Assembly: GCF_006345805.1 (NCBI RefSeq)
Contig: NW_021831940.1
Coordinates: forward strand, 1 to 34,730
Length of the DNA stretch: 34,730 bases
Direction of reading: 5' to 3'
Source: Octopus sinensis
Taxonomy: Eukaryota
The notes beneath the pieces were generated by a model. The model searched no databases. It had not been told where the DNA came from and saw only the letters and a program-made list of their open reading frames with translations. Each line of letters opens with the position of its first letter. Within the stretch, counting starts at the first letter, position 1. Below are positions 11,646 to 23,400 of the stretch, in pieces. A program made the position numbers and the translations under genes.

Positions 11646-12349
11646 GATCTGTTTTGGTGACACAATTCGTGACACCAAAATATCTTTAGAATTGCCAAAG
11701 CAAACTTGACGATCGTTGTTCAAAGTAATGAATTGAAGAATAATATATATATTGATTTAGCTTCCAGACATTCTTTTCCGGACACAGTGTTTGTTATCAT
11801 GAGACTCCTTATTGCACACAAACGTAGTAATTATGCTCGCTTCTCTTTTGGTTTGCTAAAGCTTTATCTTTCTATAGCATTTGGTCAGTTCTTGCTTCAG
11901 CCTGCTTCTTCATTGAAGCGGAGGTCTCCAATGATTACGTTGAAGCAATTCCATAGTAACAAGTTTCTTTTTGTTTATAGGTGATCAAAGTATTCATGTG
12001 ATTCTTCAAAACTGTATCTGGAATCTGGGACATAAATTTAGAAGATGGTTAACATTCCCTGTGGCATCGAGAGAAACACTCATTAGTCTCTCTTAATAAG
12101 AGACGTAGGAATTTATATATTTTGCGAATGTTTTTCTTCCATTAAAGCTACTCCCTGTCATGTAATGTTATCTCTTCTGCATAAATAAATGATAACATAC
12201 TTAACCATTTTAAACTCGATACCTTGCAGATAAGGAAGGACATTTCAAACCCAGTAAAGCTGTAGAGATAGCAGAGAAAGACTGGGTACCCTTATGAGAT
12301 GGAAAAAAGTTGCACTCGAACCCGTATTCCTCAGACATCGACTGAATTG

Positions 12350-13870
12350 GCGACAGGCAATTTGAATCCTGATAACTTCACCCCCGGTATTTTGACTCCG
12401 GTAATTTGACTACAAGTCAATTTCACTCCCGATATTAGAAAAAATAAAACGTGGAATAAGGATAAAATAAAAAGTCGAGTAAAACCTAAAATTATTACTA
12501 AAAGTTTCAATAAAAATGAAGGTTAGGGGCTATTGCTCATATAAAATCCATCTTATTTTCGGGACTATGTCGCTCAATACTTATCCGTTTGCTTATATCC
12601 TTTCTTTTATTTTTGTTTGGTCTCGCAGATCCCACCTCCATCAAATTCAACCTGTCTCGACTGTGCCAAGTGTTCTTCCCTTCTCAATGCAGTAATTATC
12701 TCCATATATTCGGATGTGAACAAATTAAGGAAATTTGTAGGGTGTTGTGAAATCCCTCTAAAAGGTTATTAGTGCGAGGCATATCCGATTCTGTTTTAAA
12801 GCGGACATTCCAACTACCAATAGGAAACTAGGGAGAAGTCCTTTGTAGTCTGATTCCTTTACTTTGCACTCTTCTTACGTACGATAATCCAAAGTAGGTC
12901 ACAAGTTCTAGCAGGAAGATCATCGTCATCTACAAGATGTTCGACAATGGGAAACTAGGGAGAAGTCCTTCGTGGTCTCATTCCTTTACTTCACACTTAT
13001 CATAGGTACGATAATCTAAAGTAGGTCACAAGTTCTTGCGGAAGATCATCGTCATCTACAAGATTTTCGACTCCGTCAATCTCATCATCGAGACGAAGAA
13101 TTAGCAATGCTTAAAAACCTCTGATTTTAATGCTAAACTCATTATAATGATGGTATCTGTCCTTCAAGCCAAATTCACATGTTTTCTGTATATATTTTGT
13201 GATAGATGAAAAAGACAGCATGAGATGGAAGTAGTAGGAAACAGATACAATGCTATTAATAAGAGCTTTTTCAAAATCCCTCATAAAATCTTCAGGGCTC
13301 AGTCTTTGGAGTAATTCATTTAGCTTATAAAAAAGGCGGCTGTAAGTTTATTTTTGGGTGGGGGTAATGCAAGCAACTGCGGAACACTGAATAACCCCAC
13401 CTGAATATGATGCATGGATTTTGAAGCACATGAACAATGAGGATCTTCACCAATGTGCTGAATTATGGTATGATCTTCATCATGTATCCTAATGTGCACT
13501 CGAGCGTTACAGGACATAATTTCGAATTTCCTGTAAGTCTTAGATTCATCAGCGTTTTGTTTCTGTGCTTCATAATATGTAATTCATGTCATCCACAAGT
13601 CTCTTCCTTCCGCGGATACTGTCAAAAACGTGAGGTATGGTGTAAGTATATTTCCTTTATAAGTTACTTTTATATCCTTGTATGTTTGATAAATAATTTA
13701 ACGAAGTATTTACACGAACGCACGAGGCTTCCTGTTATACGAGGTTACACGGCTCACAGCGAACTGCTGATAACTCGACAGTTCTTTATTCATAGCAAAT
13801 GTTGTGACAATTCACTTTTAATCATATGGGAGTTGTCGGAATCCTTCCACAACAGTAACGAATGAGGCAA
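12350..13870 (-). mobile_element. Degenerate MULE/Mutator DNA transposon
   Basis: Minus strand DFEKALINS..CCLFHLSQNIYRK (CxFH motif) and WNVRFKTESDMPRTNNLLEGFHNTL..HPNIW..ITALRREE; short ggtaatttgactcc-like repeats at 12357-12432 as terminal region; right boundary approximate. Confidence 0.85.
12818..13071. repeat. 127-bp tandem duplication inside the MULE ORF
   Basis: caat(a/g)ggaaactagggagaagtcctt..gaagatcatcgtcatctacaagat.ttcgac starts at 12818 and 12945. Confidence 0.92.
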
Positions 13871-13904
13871 GGATGGATCACGGATAAACCTGTAAACTCT
13901 TTAA

Positions 13905-14021
13905 ATTAAACATCCGAATGGATAACTGAAAAGGTACTTTCAGTTAACTGAATTACTCTGTAAATAAATCAATCGAATAGGTGACTGAAATGGTATTTTC
14001 AGTTTACCGAATTACCTTGTA
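13905..14021. repeat. ~60-bp diverged tandem pair, each unit with an internal hairpin
   Basis: cgaat.g.t.actgaaa.ggta.tttcagtt.ac.gaattac twice. Confidence 0.8.
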
Positions 14022-14022
14022 T

Positions 14023-14070
14023 ATCATCATCATCATCAGCAGCAGCAGCAGCAACAACAACAACAACAAT
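14023..14070. repeat. Compound (CAT)(CAG)(CAA) microsatellite
   Basis: Visible. Confidence 0.9.
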
Positions 14071-14157
14071 AATCTGTAGAGCACTTAAAAGGTGCAAACC
14101 TCCACCGAGACAATACCAACACCCTCCCAACGATGAGCCAGAGATGATTTTTAGAAT

Positions 14158-14229
14158 GAGAATATCTGAAATAAACTCGACTGCTCTCACAAACGAGAAT
14201 ACTAAAAGTGAACTCGACCGCTCTCAAAA
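14158..14229. repeat. ~37-bp tandem pair
   Basis: gagaata..aaa.t.aactcgac.gctctca.aaa twice. Confidence 0.75.
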
Positions 14230-15298
14230 ATTAGATGGAGTAAGCAAATTAATGCTGAAAACGGCAGAATCCGCATACTTCGCCTCGATGAATGACTCTC
14301 ACCTCTCTGACTCGTAAATAATTTATGGCACCAATTTATGAAAAGAAATGAGGCTCCAGAAATATATAACGCGTAACGTTATTAGACCTTCGATCCAGCG
14401 CCCGCGCAACACTCAGCTGATCACAACACAGGGTTCAATAAATGTCCAATAATTTTATGATAGTTATTTTAACCAATCTCAACAGAGTAGCGTGGTGAGC
14501 TTTCAGAAACTAACTTAATGTTTCCAAATATACAATAATAGAAATTGGTCTCGCTACACATCTATCATGTCCATATGTTCAGAATATTGCTATTGGTCAG
14601 AATTTTACTATTCGTCCAGGCATTATAGCGGAATATGCAAGGGAACAGCACTTCCCTTCTTGGAGCCCATAGCCAAGATGTGGATGTAACTAATCCAGAA
14701 TTTGATTCTTCGATAAACCTTGTGCTAACCATTACGGTTTATAATCTACTAGTTCCATTTATATGTTGTGTTTGTATAGGATTCAACATCTTCGTGCAGT
14801 CACGTATTAAAGCTTGCTTGTCAGCCTGGACGTATTACAAATTGTCTGTTGTATGTCATATTTTCACAAGATTGTAAGTACTGCAACTACGTGTGACAAG
14901 CACCCAATATAGGTTAAGTGTTGTATATTGAGGTAAGGCACAGATGTGTAGATGTCTGTAGATGTGTTTTTGAACATTGTGAACCTGCAGAGTTAGATTC
15001 ATAACCAGGTTGTTCGTCACAGTGCTTGTAGTATATTGGGGGCTCATCGTTGTAGAACCTATGGAGATTGTGGGCAATGGTATGGAGGAGGGGCCATATG
15101 AGGACCGAAAGGCAGAGAGAAACAGATCAAGGAGAAGTAAGTTATAGTGTGAAAAATAATGAAGAATGATTATGTTTGTGGTTCACAATGAAGAGAGAAA
15201 ATATGTTAAACGAAACAGCGGAGATGAAAAACAATTATAAAAATGTTGAACGTCTTTGCTGGATTAATTCTCCACGCGCAGGGAAGCAACATGTGATA

Positions 15299-15361
15299 TG
15301 AGAGAGAGAGAGAAGCATGGAGTGATGAGGGAAGTGTATGGGAGAGGCAAAGCTATAAGAG

Positions 15362-15406
<45 letters not shown>

Positions 15407-15430
15407 AGCAAAAGAGATAGAGAGTGAGTG
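15299..15430. repeat. (GA)n microsatellite region
   Basis: Visible. Confidence 0.9.
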
Positions 15431-15539
15431 AAGGAGAAATGTCATGGAGACAGATGTGTTTTCTTCACTGAAAGGAGAATAGAGAAAATATGTGTTCACA
15501 GATAATAACGAAGAGAGGAAATATATATTTTAAAACTTT

Positions 15540-15725
15540 TTCCTTTATTTCAGCCATGGGACTGCAGCCATGCTGGAGGAGGTGGAGGGCCCCTGGAATA
15601 AGTTTTAGTCGAACGAATTGACCCTAGTACTTTTTTCTCAGTATGGTGAAAATTGCCCAAAGTGCCATGTCACACGATGAGACCGAAAATAAAAACGGAA
15701 TTATGCGGTTGGGAAGCAAACCTAA
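15540..15725 (-). mobile_element. Decayed SINE (tail plus head remnant)
   Basis: tttcagccat.ggactgcagccatgctggag..tttagtcgaacgaattgaccctagtact is the reverse complement of the SINE tail at ~6160-6230; gcccaaagtgcca..ggttgggaagcaaac resembles the head. Confidence 0.65.
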
Positions 15726-16412
15726 TATTGATGGTCTCAGACGAAATATGGGGAAAATGGGCTATGAAAACGAATAGCATTATATACAGATTAATTACAC
15801 AACGCAAAGGAAATAATCACACTGAATGGTTCTTATGTTGAACATGTCAAAGAGAGCTGTGTAGTATCCGTCGCACTAGACACACAGGTTAGAAAAGACA
15901 GGTCACGCTAGCATGTATAGCATTTGAGAGATTTAAGAAACAGGATCTGGAGCTTGTAGGACATCAGCCAGGGTTGCATTGATAGTTTGCATATTTTTGC
16001 TTCTCTAATCAGGGTCTAGAAACACATACGTAAGTGGTTATTAAAATGTGTTTAAAACTAAAGAGATATTATAATGAGAGTAGCGTAATTTGTATAAGAA
16101 ACGTTACTTACATGACATAAACCAGAACTGAAGTAGTCAGATGGAAGAGAGTGAAATGGTGCGACCATCTAATTAGGAGGAAACTAATAAATAATTCCTT
16201 AGTTCAGTCGATGTACCAAGACATCTAAAACCACAGGCCATATAATAAGTGGTAGAAATGACAGAGCTGTTACGATAAACGGCTCCATATATCTTTTAAC
16301 AGCAACAAGCAGAGTATAAAAGAAGGGCGGAGCGGTGTTCCGGCTGGCAAGAGAGCGACCAATGATCCGGAAAACAGGAGCTAAAAAGCACACACATACA
16401 TAGACAGACAAG

Positions 16413-16450
<38 letters not shown>

Positions 16451-16493
16451 TAGACACATGGACTATTGGTTCGGTGCGTTCTGTCCACGAGAA

Positions 16494-17923
16494 AAACACT
16501 TCCACTGGACTCATCTGAGAAGAAATACCAACAACAACCAGGGGTTAAACTTGCAACAGACTGGCATCTCTTTTAGTGGGGTGTCTTCTATCCCCGGGTG
16601 TTGGAATATGTTGGATACCGAAAGAGACTGCGGCCTAATGGGCCTGAATATCATGTAGAGAGTATAACTAAGAAACTACTTCAATGAAGACATTGAGGCG
16701 TGCGCAGTCTCGTGTAAGTGTAACATTGATGGAATGAAAGTAGACATGAACGTGAAGAAGACGAATCTGCGTCCGGTGCTTTGATTGGAATGTAGCTGTT
16801 TGTGAAATGTTGATTACTTGAACAATGACAGTTGAATGACCTGATAATACTAATTAGATAAATGATCGTAAATCTAATCTACATGATACATTTTGCAAGT
16901 TTTAACATTTTAGTGGAATGTTTAAAATAACAAATGGAATCAATGCCTCTCCCGGTGGTATTTGATCTTAGTCTGCGGTATTACAGTATTTCATCTAGAA
17001 AACGAACGGTAGCAACAGATCAGATTTAATCCTTTATTTAACAATTCTAAAGCTTACATTGATAACATTAAATTGGCAAGAAGATAGAATATCAATATAA
17101 TTTCAAATCATGCAATATTTTCTGTTTCAAGCCATAGTGAGGCCCTGAAACTCGTTTAAATTACATTATGGTGGATTATACAGTCTCATGCATGCATAGT
17201 GTTGTATTGAAAGGTACAATTATAGTGTCGTTACAAGGAAAGAATATTTTATATTATATATGGAGAAAATATTATTTAATATTATATATGGAGAAAATAT
17301 AATTTTATATTATACATAGAGAAAATATTATTTCATATTATATATGGAGAAAATTTTATTTTGTATTATATATTAAGAAAATTTTATTTTATATTATATA
17401 TGGAGAAAATATAATTTTATATTATATATGCAGAAAATATTATTTTATATTATATATGGAGAAAATATCGTTTTATAGCATAAAATATCATCAAAGACGA
17501 TTCTTGGAGGCTCTTTTTCGATTTTCACTCAAAAGTTTGTTTCTGCTGTTCTATCTTCTGTTCCATTACCAGTACTTGAACCTGGAAACATAATGAAAAA
17601 AACATAAAATATAAAAGTTTAAGCACATTAATTACCGGATAGTATGAATTTGTATATATATATGTTTATTTCTTACTATTCGAACTGTTAGAGCTGTTTT
17701 CGCTATGTATCCAGTACAGCCCTTAAACAAGTAAATAATATTTCCCTAAACAATAGATCAACGTATTTCAGTTTGTGACTGATTCACGAATATACCATGA
17801 ATGACGATGCCTTTCATGTTACTTCAGCCAATTGACAAGCGCTGATGGAAGGACGGTTCTGCTTTGAGACAAATACACTGTCAACACAAAGGTCACATCC
17901 TGTTTACATGTAGGAACACTTTC
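16494..17923 (+). repeat. Copy 1 of a dispersed direct duplication (copy 2 at 32398-34730)
   Basis: Continuous high-identity match by eye; lacks the SINE found in copy 2. Confidence 0.97.
17245..17476. repeat. 28-bp AT-rich minisatellite, ~8 units
   Basis: atattatatatggagaaaatattatttt; tggagaaaat recurs at 17261, 17289, 17345, 17401, 17457. Confidence 0.92.
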
Positions 17924-18102
17924 CTAAAATCTATCTGTACATCTTGAAAATGGCCAGCGTGTATATTTCACAGAAGACAATGCTCGAAACGTAGATCTGA
18001 ATCCATGAGAAACTACTTTGACAGCTTTCTTCAAATTATGCCAATGTGATCTGTTTGCCCGAACACTGTTGTACGTAGAGATCCCCGTGTACTCTACCTG
18101 GG
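17914..18102 (+). mobile_element. Helitron Rep/helicase fragment
   Basis: LSVHLENGQRVYFTEDNARNVDLNP*ETTLTAFFKLCQCDLFARTLLYVEIPVYSTW, the conserved block following the Helitron Rep domain. Confidence 0.88.
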
Positions 18103-19929
18103 CACACAATATATATATGCACACATATATTTATTCATTTATATATTTTTTTAAATAATAAATAACATGACCATCCCGAAATATGTATGTGTATATGTAT
18201 ATATATTTTTACATTTTCTCGAGCAATATATAATTTGTTACGGGATTTGACTAGTAAAAATGCTATTGTCTGTTTCGCGGCCTCTATTGTTGCATTTCCT
18301 CAATATTGACCACTACTTAGACATACTGACCGGATGCGCATAATCCTCTTTTATGCTGGAAATAGATAGACTTTATATTGATTTGGCAGTGGTAAAAGGA
18401 AATGAATGGAAACGGAGTGAAAGAAATTGTATCATTGTTCGGCAATGGGATGTGATTTATTCCTCTTTTATATCTCTTAGAGATGAGTTAAAGCGTATGA
18501 GCTGTGTGTGTATCTATCGATCCTAATTCAAAAATTAATATGATCACTTCGAACAAAATGAATTTTCGCTGAGGAAAATTATTTGCAGCACTAAATAGAT
18601 TTCCTGTTTGAATTAAAGCAAGTACTAGAATTGTGTGAATTATTCTGCCCAGTAGAGTCTGCATCTTCTACTTCTATACAAAATTAGAAGAAAACATTTT
18701 TGCCCTCGGTTAGACAAACAGTTCCGTAGGGACAAGAAACGGAAAAGCGCAAAATAAAATGCTGATTTATTGAAATTATCCAAGCTTTGAGAAAATGTAA
18801 ATAAATAGTTGTATGTAAGAGAGAGAGGGGGAGAGTCTGTGCGCTTGCGTGCACGCGTGGGTGTCCTAAGGTATCATCCGTTGTGGTTGATGATGACGAC
18901 AACGACGAAGAGGATGGTATGGTGATTGATGAAGCTAATTATGACGGTAATGGTGTTATAAAAATGAAGAAACACGATACTTACTTTCATCAAGCAAATT
19001 CATGTTGAGCAATGCCTGGAATTGGTTCAAACCTTGGGAGATATTGCGCCGCAGTTGACTTTGAACACTTAAAGAGATTAATTGTTTTGTTTCAATTATT
19101 TCTATATTCAAATATAACTTAGGATTGGATCATCATAGGTAAAATAACCGCATTCAGTATGGTTGAGAACAGAATTAGTGAAGAAGGCTAAAACTACAAG
19201 CGGGTGACTAAAAGTTGGTGTTAAGAACATATTCGTCCAGTACCGTGGCTTGCCCTCTTTAGCATGTAAGAAATCCACATGGTGGTCTTCCCTCTGTGTA
19301 TAGTTTTTATATACATTTTATATATATATAATTACCTGGTTGGTTTTAAAATGTGTGTTAGCTACCTTCAATATATTATAATCTTCACATTGCCATTTTG
19401 GGAAATCAATCACTCTTTTTATGTCATTCTCAAAGATATTGACAGGCGTGAGTTAACCTCCACCAGCCGTAATGGAGTGAGCATTGCTGATGAGTATTAA
19501 CTTCTTATAAGAAATTACCATGCTAATCTAATCCATCTGGCTTACCGTAGGGAATGTTGTCCCCCTCTGTCAATGTACCATATGTTTTTATGGCTAAGGT
19601 GTCTATGACTATAATTTAACACAATCACTGGTAAAAGTTTGCAAGACTCAACGAAAAGTTTTAGGAAAATAAAAATAAGAAATACGTTGAAATGTTACCG
19701 GTGAGTGTGTGGAATTATAAGGCACAAGAAGAAAATGGCTCTCCCCAGACACAACAGAATATGCTTCAACACACGAACTCATATAAAGAATCTTGCAAAC
19801 CAAATCCCAAAACGAAATAGTCTATGACTAATATTTCTAATAATGCTGGTGCTCACTGCACTCTTGTCACCTTTAGTGATTGTGAATTATTTCCCTGTTG
19901 GTCTTAAAATGCTGATAGCCGCCTTGATT

Positions 19930-19972
19930 TATATATACACGCTCATATATATATATATACATACATACATAC

Positions 19973-20043
<71 letters not shown>
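19930..20043. repeat. (TA)n microsatellite
   Basis: Visible. Confidence 0.95.
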
Positions 20044-20104
20044 ATACTTTCGTATATGTAAGTATATCGTATGTTGTATATGTATATATTTGTATTTATT
20101 TGCT

Positions 20105-20184
20105 TTTCTGAGTATATTCCACTGATGAAGGCAGAGCATTTCTTATGCAGAGTCAGAAATCCGGGATCTGGAATTATCCAGAAA
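20105..20184 (+). ncRNA. Type I hammerhead ribozyme fold with minimal stem III (PLE/retrozyme-like)
   Basis: tttctg..attcca-CUGAUGA(20122-28)-a-ggc-aga-gcat-ttctt-atgc-aga-gtc-a-GAAA(20156-59)-tccggga-UC-tggaat..cagaaa; stem I is 6+6 bp around an internal loop; predicted cleavage after AUC at 20168. Confidence 0.75.
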
Positions 20185-20373
20185 TGTTTGCTATTCTATT
20201 TTGTCTCTTCGTCTTCTCTCCTGGTGCTATATGAACATTTAATGTGGCTCTAGAGTCAAGATTTGACTGCTATTACCCAATATTATAATTTAAATAATTG
20301 TTACCTTTGATGTTTTTTATTCCCATGCTGGCCACCTGATAAAATCGATATTTAAATATTGATCTTATCCTTC

Positions 20374-20426
<53 letters not shown>
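20374..20426. repeat. (TG)/(TA)n microsatellite
   Basis: Visible. Confidence 0.95.
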
Positions 20427-20429
<3 letters not shown>

Positions 20430-23400
20430 TTGGCATCCTTTTTGTCTCAGGAGACAATGGAGTTGCGCATAAAATAGTCCAGTCCGGCTTTTATATTTCA
20501 TATCCTGATACATTTCCTGCTGTGGCTGTGTAGTCCTATCCTGGACAAACACTCCCTCTGGCAGGTACCGCAAATATAGCGAAGACTGTTCCTGGCTGGT
20601 TGTAATGTCATAGTTTCTTGTTTACGTCTCTTCTTTTCTTTCTAGTTCTCCTCTCTCTCTCTGTCACTCCTTTGTATTCCCTCTTTTACTGTACGTCGCC
20701 ATTCTCCACGGTTGCCGGCAACTGCCTCCCAACCGCTAATATTGATGTTGCAGGCCTTCATGTCCCTTTTGCAAACATCCTTGTAACGTAAGAGCGGTCT
20801 AACCACAGACCTAGTACCCCTAGCAAGCTCTCCGTAGAGTATGTCCTTGGGGATTCTGCCATCTTTCATACGGCTAACATGCCCAAGCCATCTCATACGT
20901 CTTTGTGTGAGGAGTGCAAACATGCTTGGTATTCCTGCTTGCCTGAGGACATATTTGTTGGGGATATGATTCTGCCATTTGATGCGGAGGATTTTTCGGA
21001 GGCAGCGCAGGTGAAAGATGTTTAGGTGAGGCTCTTGGCGTGTGTATAGCGTTCAAGTCTCACTTCCATACAGTAGAGTGCTGAGTACACATGCCTGGTA
21101 GATCTTCATTTTCGTGGTCTTGATCAGCTTATTGTTGTCCCAAGCCCGTTTAGAGAGTTGGGCCATCGCAGCAGCTGCCTTTCCAATGAGTATATTGAGC
21201 TCAGCATCAAGGGATAGGTTGTAGGTGACGGTAGAGCCCAGATAGGTAAACTGTGGTCTCCAATATGTATGTTTGGGATGTCCGATGTAGCCTGACCCAT
21301 GATGTTGGTCTTCTTAAGGCTGATAGCTAAGCCAAAGTCGTTACATGCTTGCTCAAAACAGTCAATGAGCCTTTGGAGGGCTTCTTCTGTGTGTGATACC
21401 AGAGCGGCATCATCAGCAAATAGCATCTCCTTGATCAGGACGTTTCTGATTTTGGTCTTGGCACACAAGCGCGAGAGATTGAACAGATTCCCGTCACTTC
21501 TACTGTGCAGAAACACTCCATCATCTGATGTCTGAAAGGCTTGTGAGAGTAAGAGCGAGAAGAAGATGCCAAACAATGTAGGAGCGAGGACACAACCTTG
21601 CTTTACCCCGTTTTTTATTTGGAAGGCGGCTGATGTTGAACCGTTGTGCTGTAAGGTGCCTTGCATGTCATCATGGAAAGACTTGATGATCCTCAGCAGC
21701 TTTGGTGGACATCCGATTTTTTGGAGCAGGATGAAGAGGCCTGTTCTGCTTACCGAGTCAAAAGCCTTTTTTATATCAATGAAGGCCATATATAATGGCA
21801 TTTTCTGCTCTCTGGACTTCTCCTGAAGTTGGCGTACGGAGAATATCATATCGATAGTTGATCTGCTTCTTCTAAAGCCACACTGCGATTCCGGATAGAT
21901 ACGAGAAGCAAATAGTTGTAGCCTTGCCAGGATAACGCGGGCAAAGGTCTTTCTAACAGTGCTTAGAAGAGATATACCACGGTAATTGTTAAAATCAACA
22001 CGGTCACCTTTGTTTTTGTAAAGCGTAATGATGTTAGCATCCCGCATATCCTGAGGGACTGTACCCTCTTCCCAGCACTAACACAGAAGCTCATGAAGAT
22101 GCCGAAGCAGGATGGTGTTTTTGCCGGCTTTGACGATATCTGAGGGGATGCCGTCTTTTCCCGGATCCTTGTTTCTTGCTAGGGAGTCAACAGCCTTGAT
22201 GAGCTCTGCTATAGATGGCGGACTGTCAAGTTCGCACATGACTGGCAAGATCTTGAGACTCTCGACTGCAGCCTCAGCCACTGTAGTCTCCCGTGAGTAG
22301 AGATCCTGGTAGTGCTCCACCCATCTATCCATTTGCTTGCCTTGATCCGTGATGAGATCTCCAGAGGGGCTGACTTGGTTGCGGATGGACCGAGGGCCTT
22401 CTTCAAACCGGCATACATCCCACAGGTGTCGCCACTGTCAGCAGCTGACTGGATACTCTGACAGATTTCCTGCCAATACCCATTTGCACAGCGTCTGGCT
22501 GTCAGTTGGGTTTTATTTCGTGTCTTTCTGAGTTCTTCGAGGGACTTTGTAGAAGAATCACTCTTGTATTGCATCAGAGCTGCACGCTTTGCTTCGATAA
22601 CTGGCTCCAGCTCTGAGAGCCCAGCATTGAACCAATCTGGGTTTTGCCTTTCTCTCATGCCGAAAGTATCTATTGATGTCGTATACAAAGCTTCCCTGAT
22701 ATAGTTCTACCTACTTTCAGCAGAGGAGGTTGGGCAGCTACTGAGGGCAACCTTGATAGAAGCAGCAAAACATTTTCGCAGTGTAGGTTCCGAGGTTCTG
22801 GCAGTGTTAATGCGTGGTCGGCCCACTTTCTTGAAGCGATGGACTTTTTTAGGCAGAATCCTCACCCTACTTCAAATTAGTGAGTGGTCTGTGTCACAAT
22901 CCGCGCTGTGGTAACTGCGGGTCAATAGAGTAGAATTCAGAAAGGATCTCCATGTAATGATGAGATCCAGCTGATGCCAGTGGTGAGATCTTGGATGTCT
23001 CCAAGATGCCTTGTGGGAGGCTTGTTGGTAAAGAATGTGTTTGTGATGCACAGGTTGTGGTATGTGCAGAATTCGAGTAGTCTCTGACCATTGTCATTCA
23101 TTGTTGCCAATACCAAAGTGTCCAACACAAATGGGCCACGAATCATGGTCAGATCCCACGCGAGCGTTAAAATCCCCCAGAGGTTAGATATTTTCAGTCG
23201 TTGGTATATTTTCTATGACACAGTTGAGATCTTTGTAGAACTGGTACTTGGTCTCCTCTGAGCTGTAGAGAGTGGGAGCAGACATGCTGAGTAGATGTAC
23301 GGAGCCAGAAGAAGTCGAGAGGCGCAGTGAGGGGATACGCTCAGTGCCTCCTGATGGTGGTTCTATTGAGGAGAGTAATGAGTTTCTCACTGCAAAGCCA

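Noticed and set aside
14850-15080. Possible ancient CR1/L2 RT remnant on the minus strand
   Set aside because: Similarity too weak to support by eye
16310-16378. Promoter-like cluster (TATAAAA, GGGCGG, CCAAT, CCGGAA)
   Set aside because: Motif order and orientation are inconsistent and no downstream gene is supported
17245-17476. CRISPR-like 28-bp periodicity
   Set aside because: Contiguous units without unique spacers, no cas genes, eukaryotic context; it is a minisatellite
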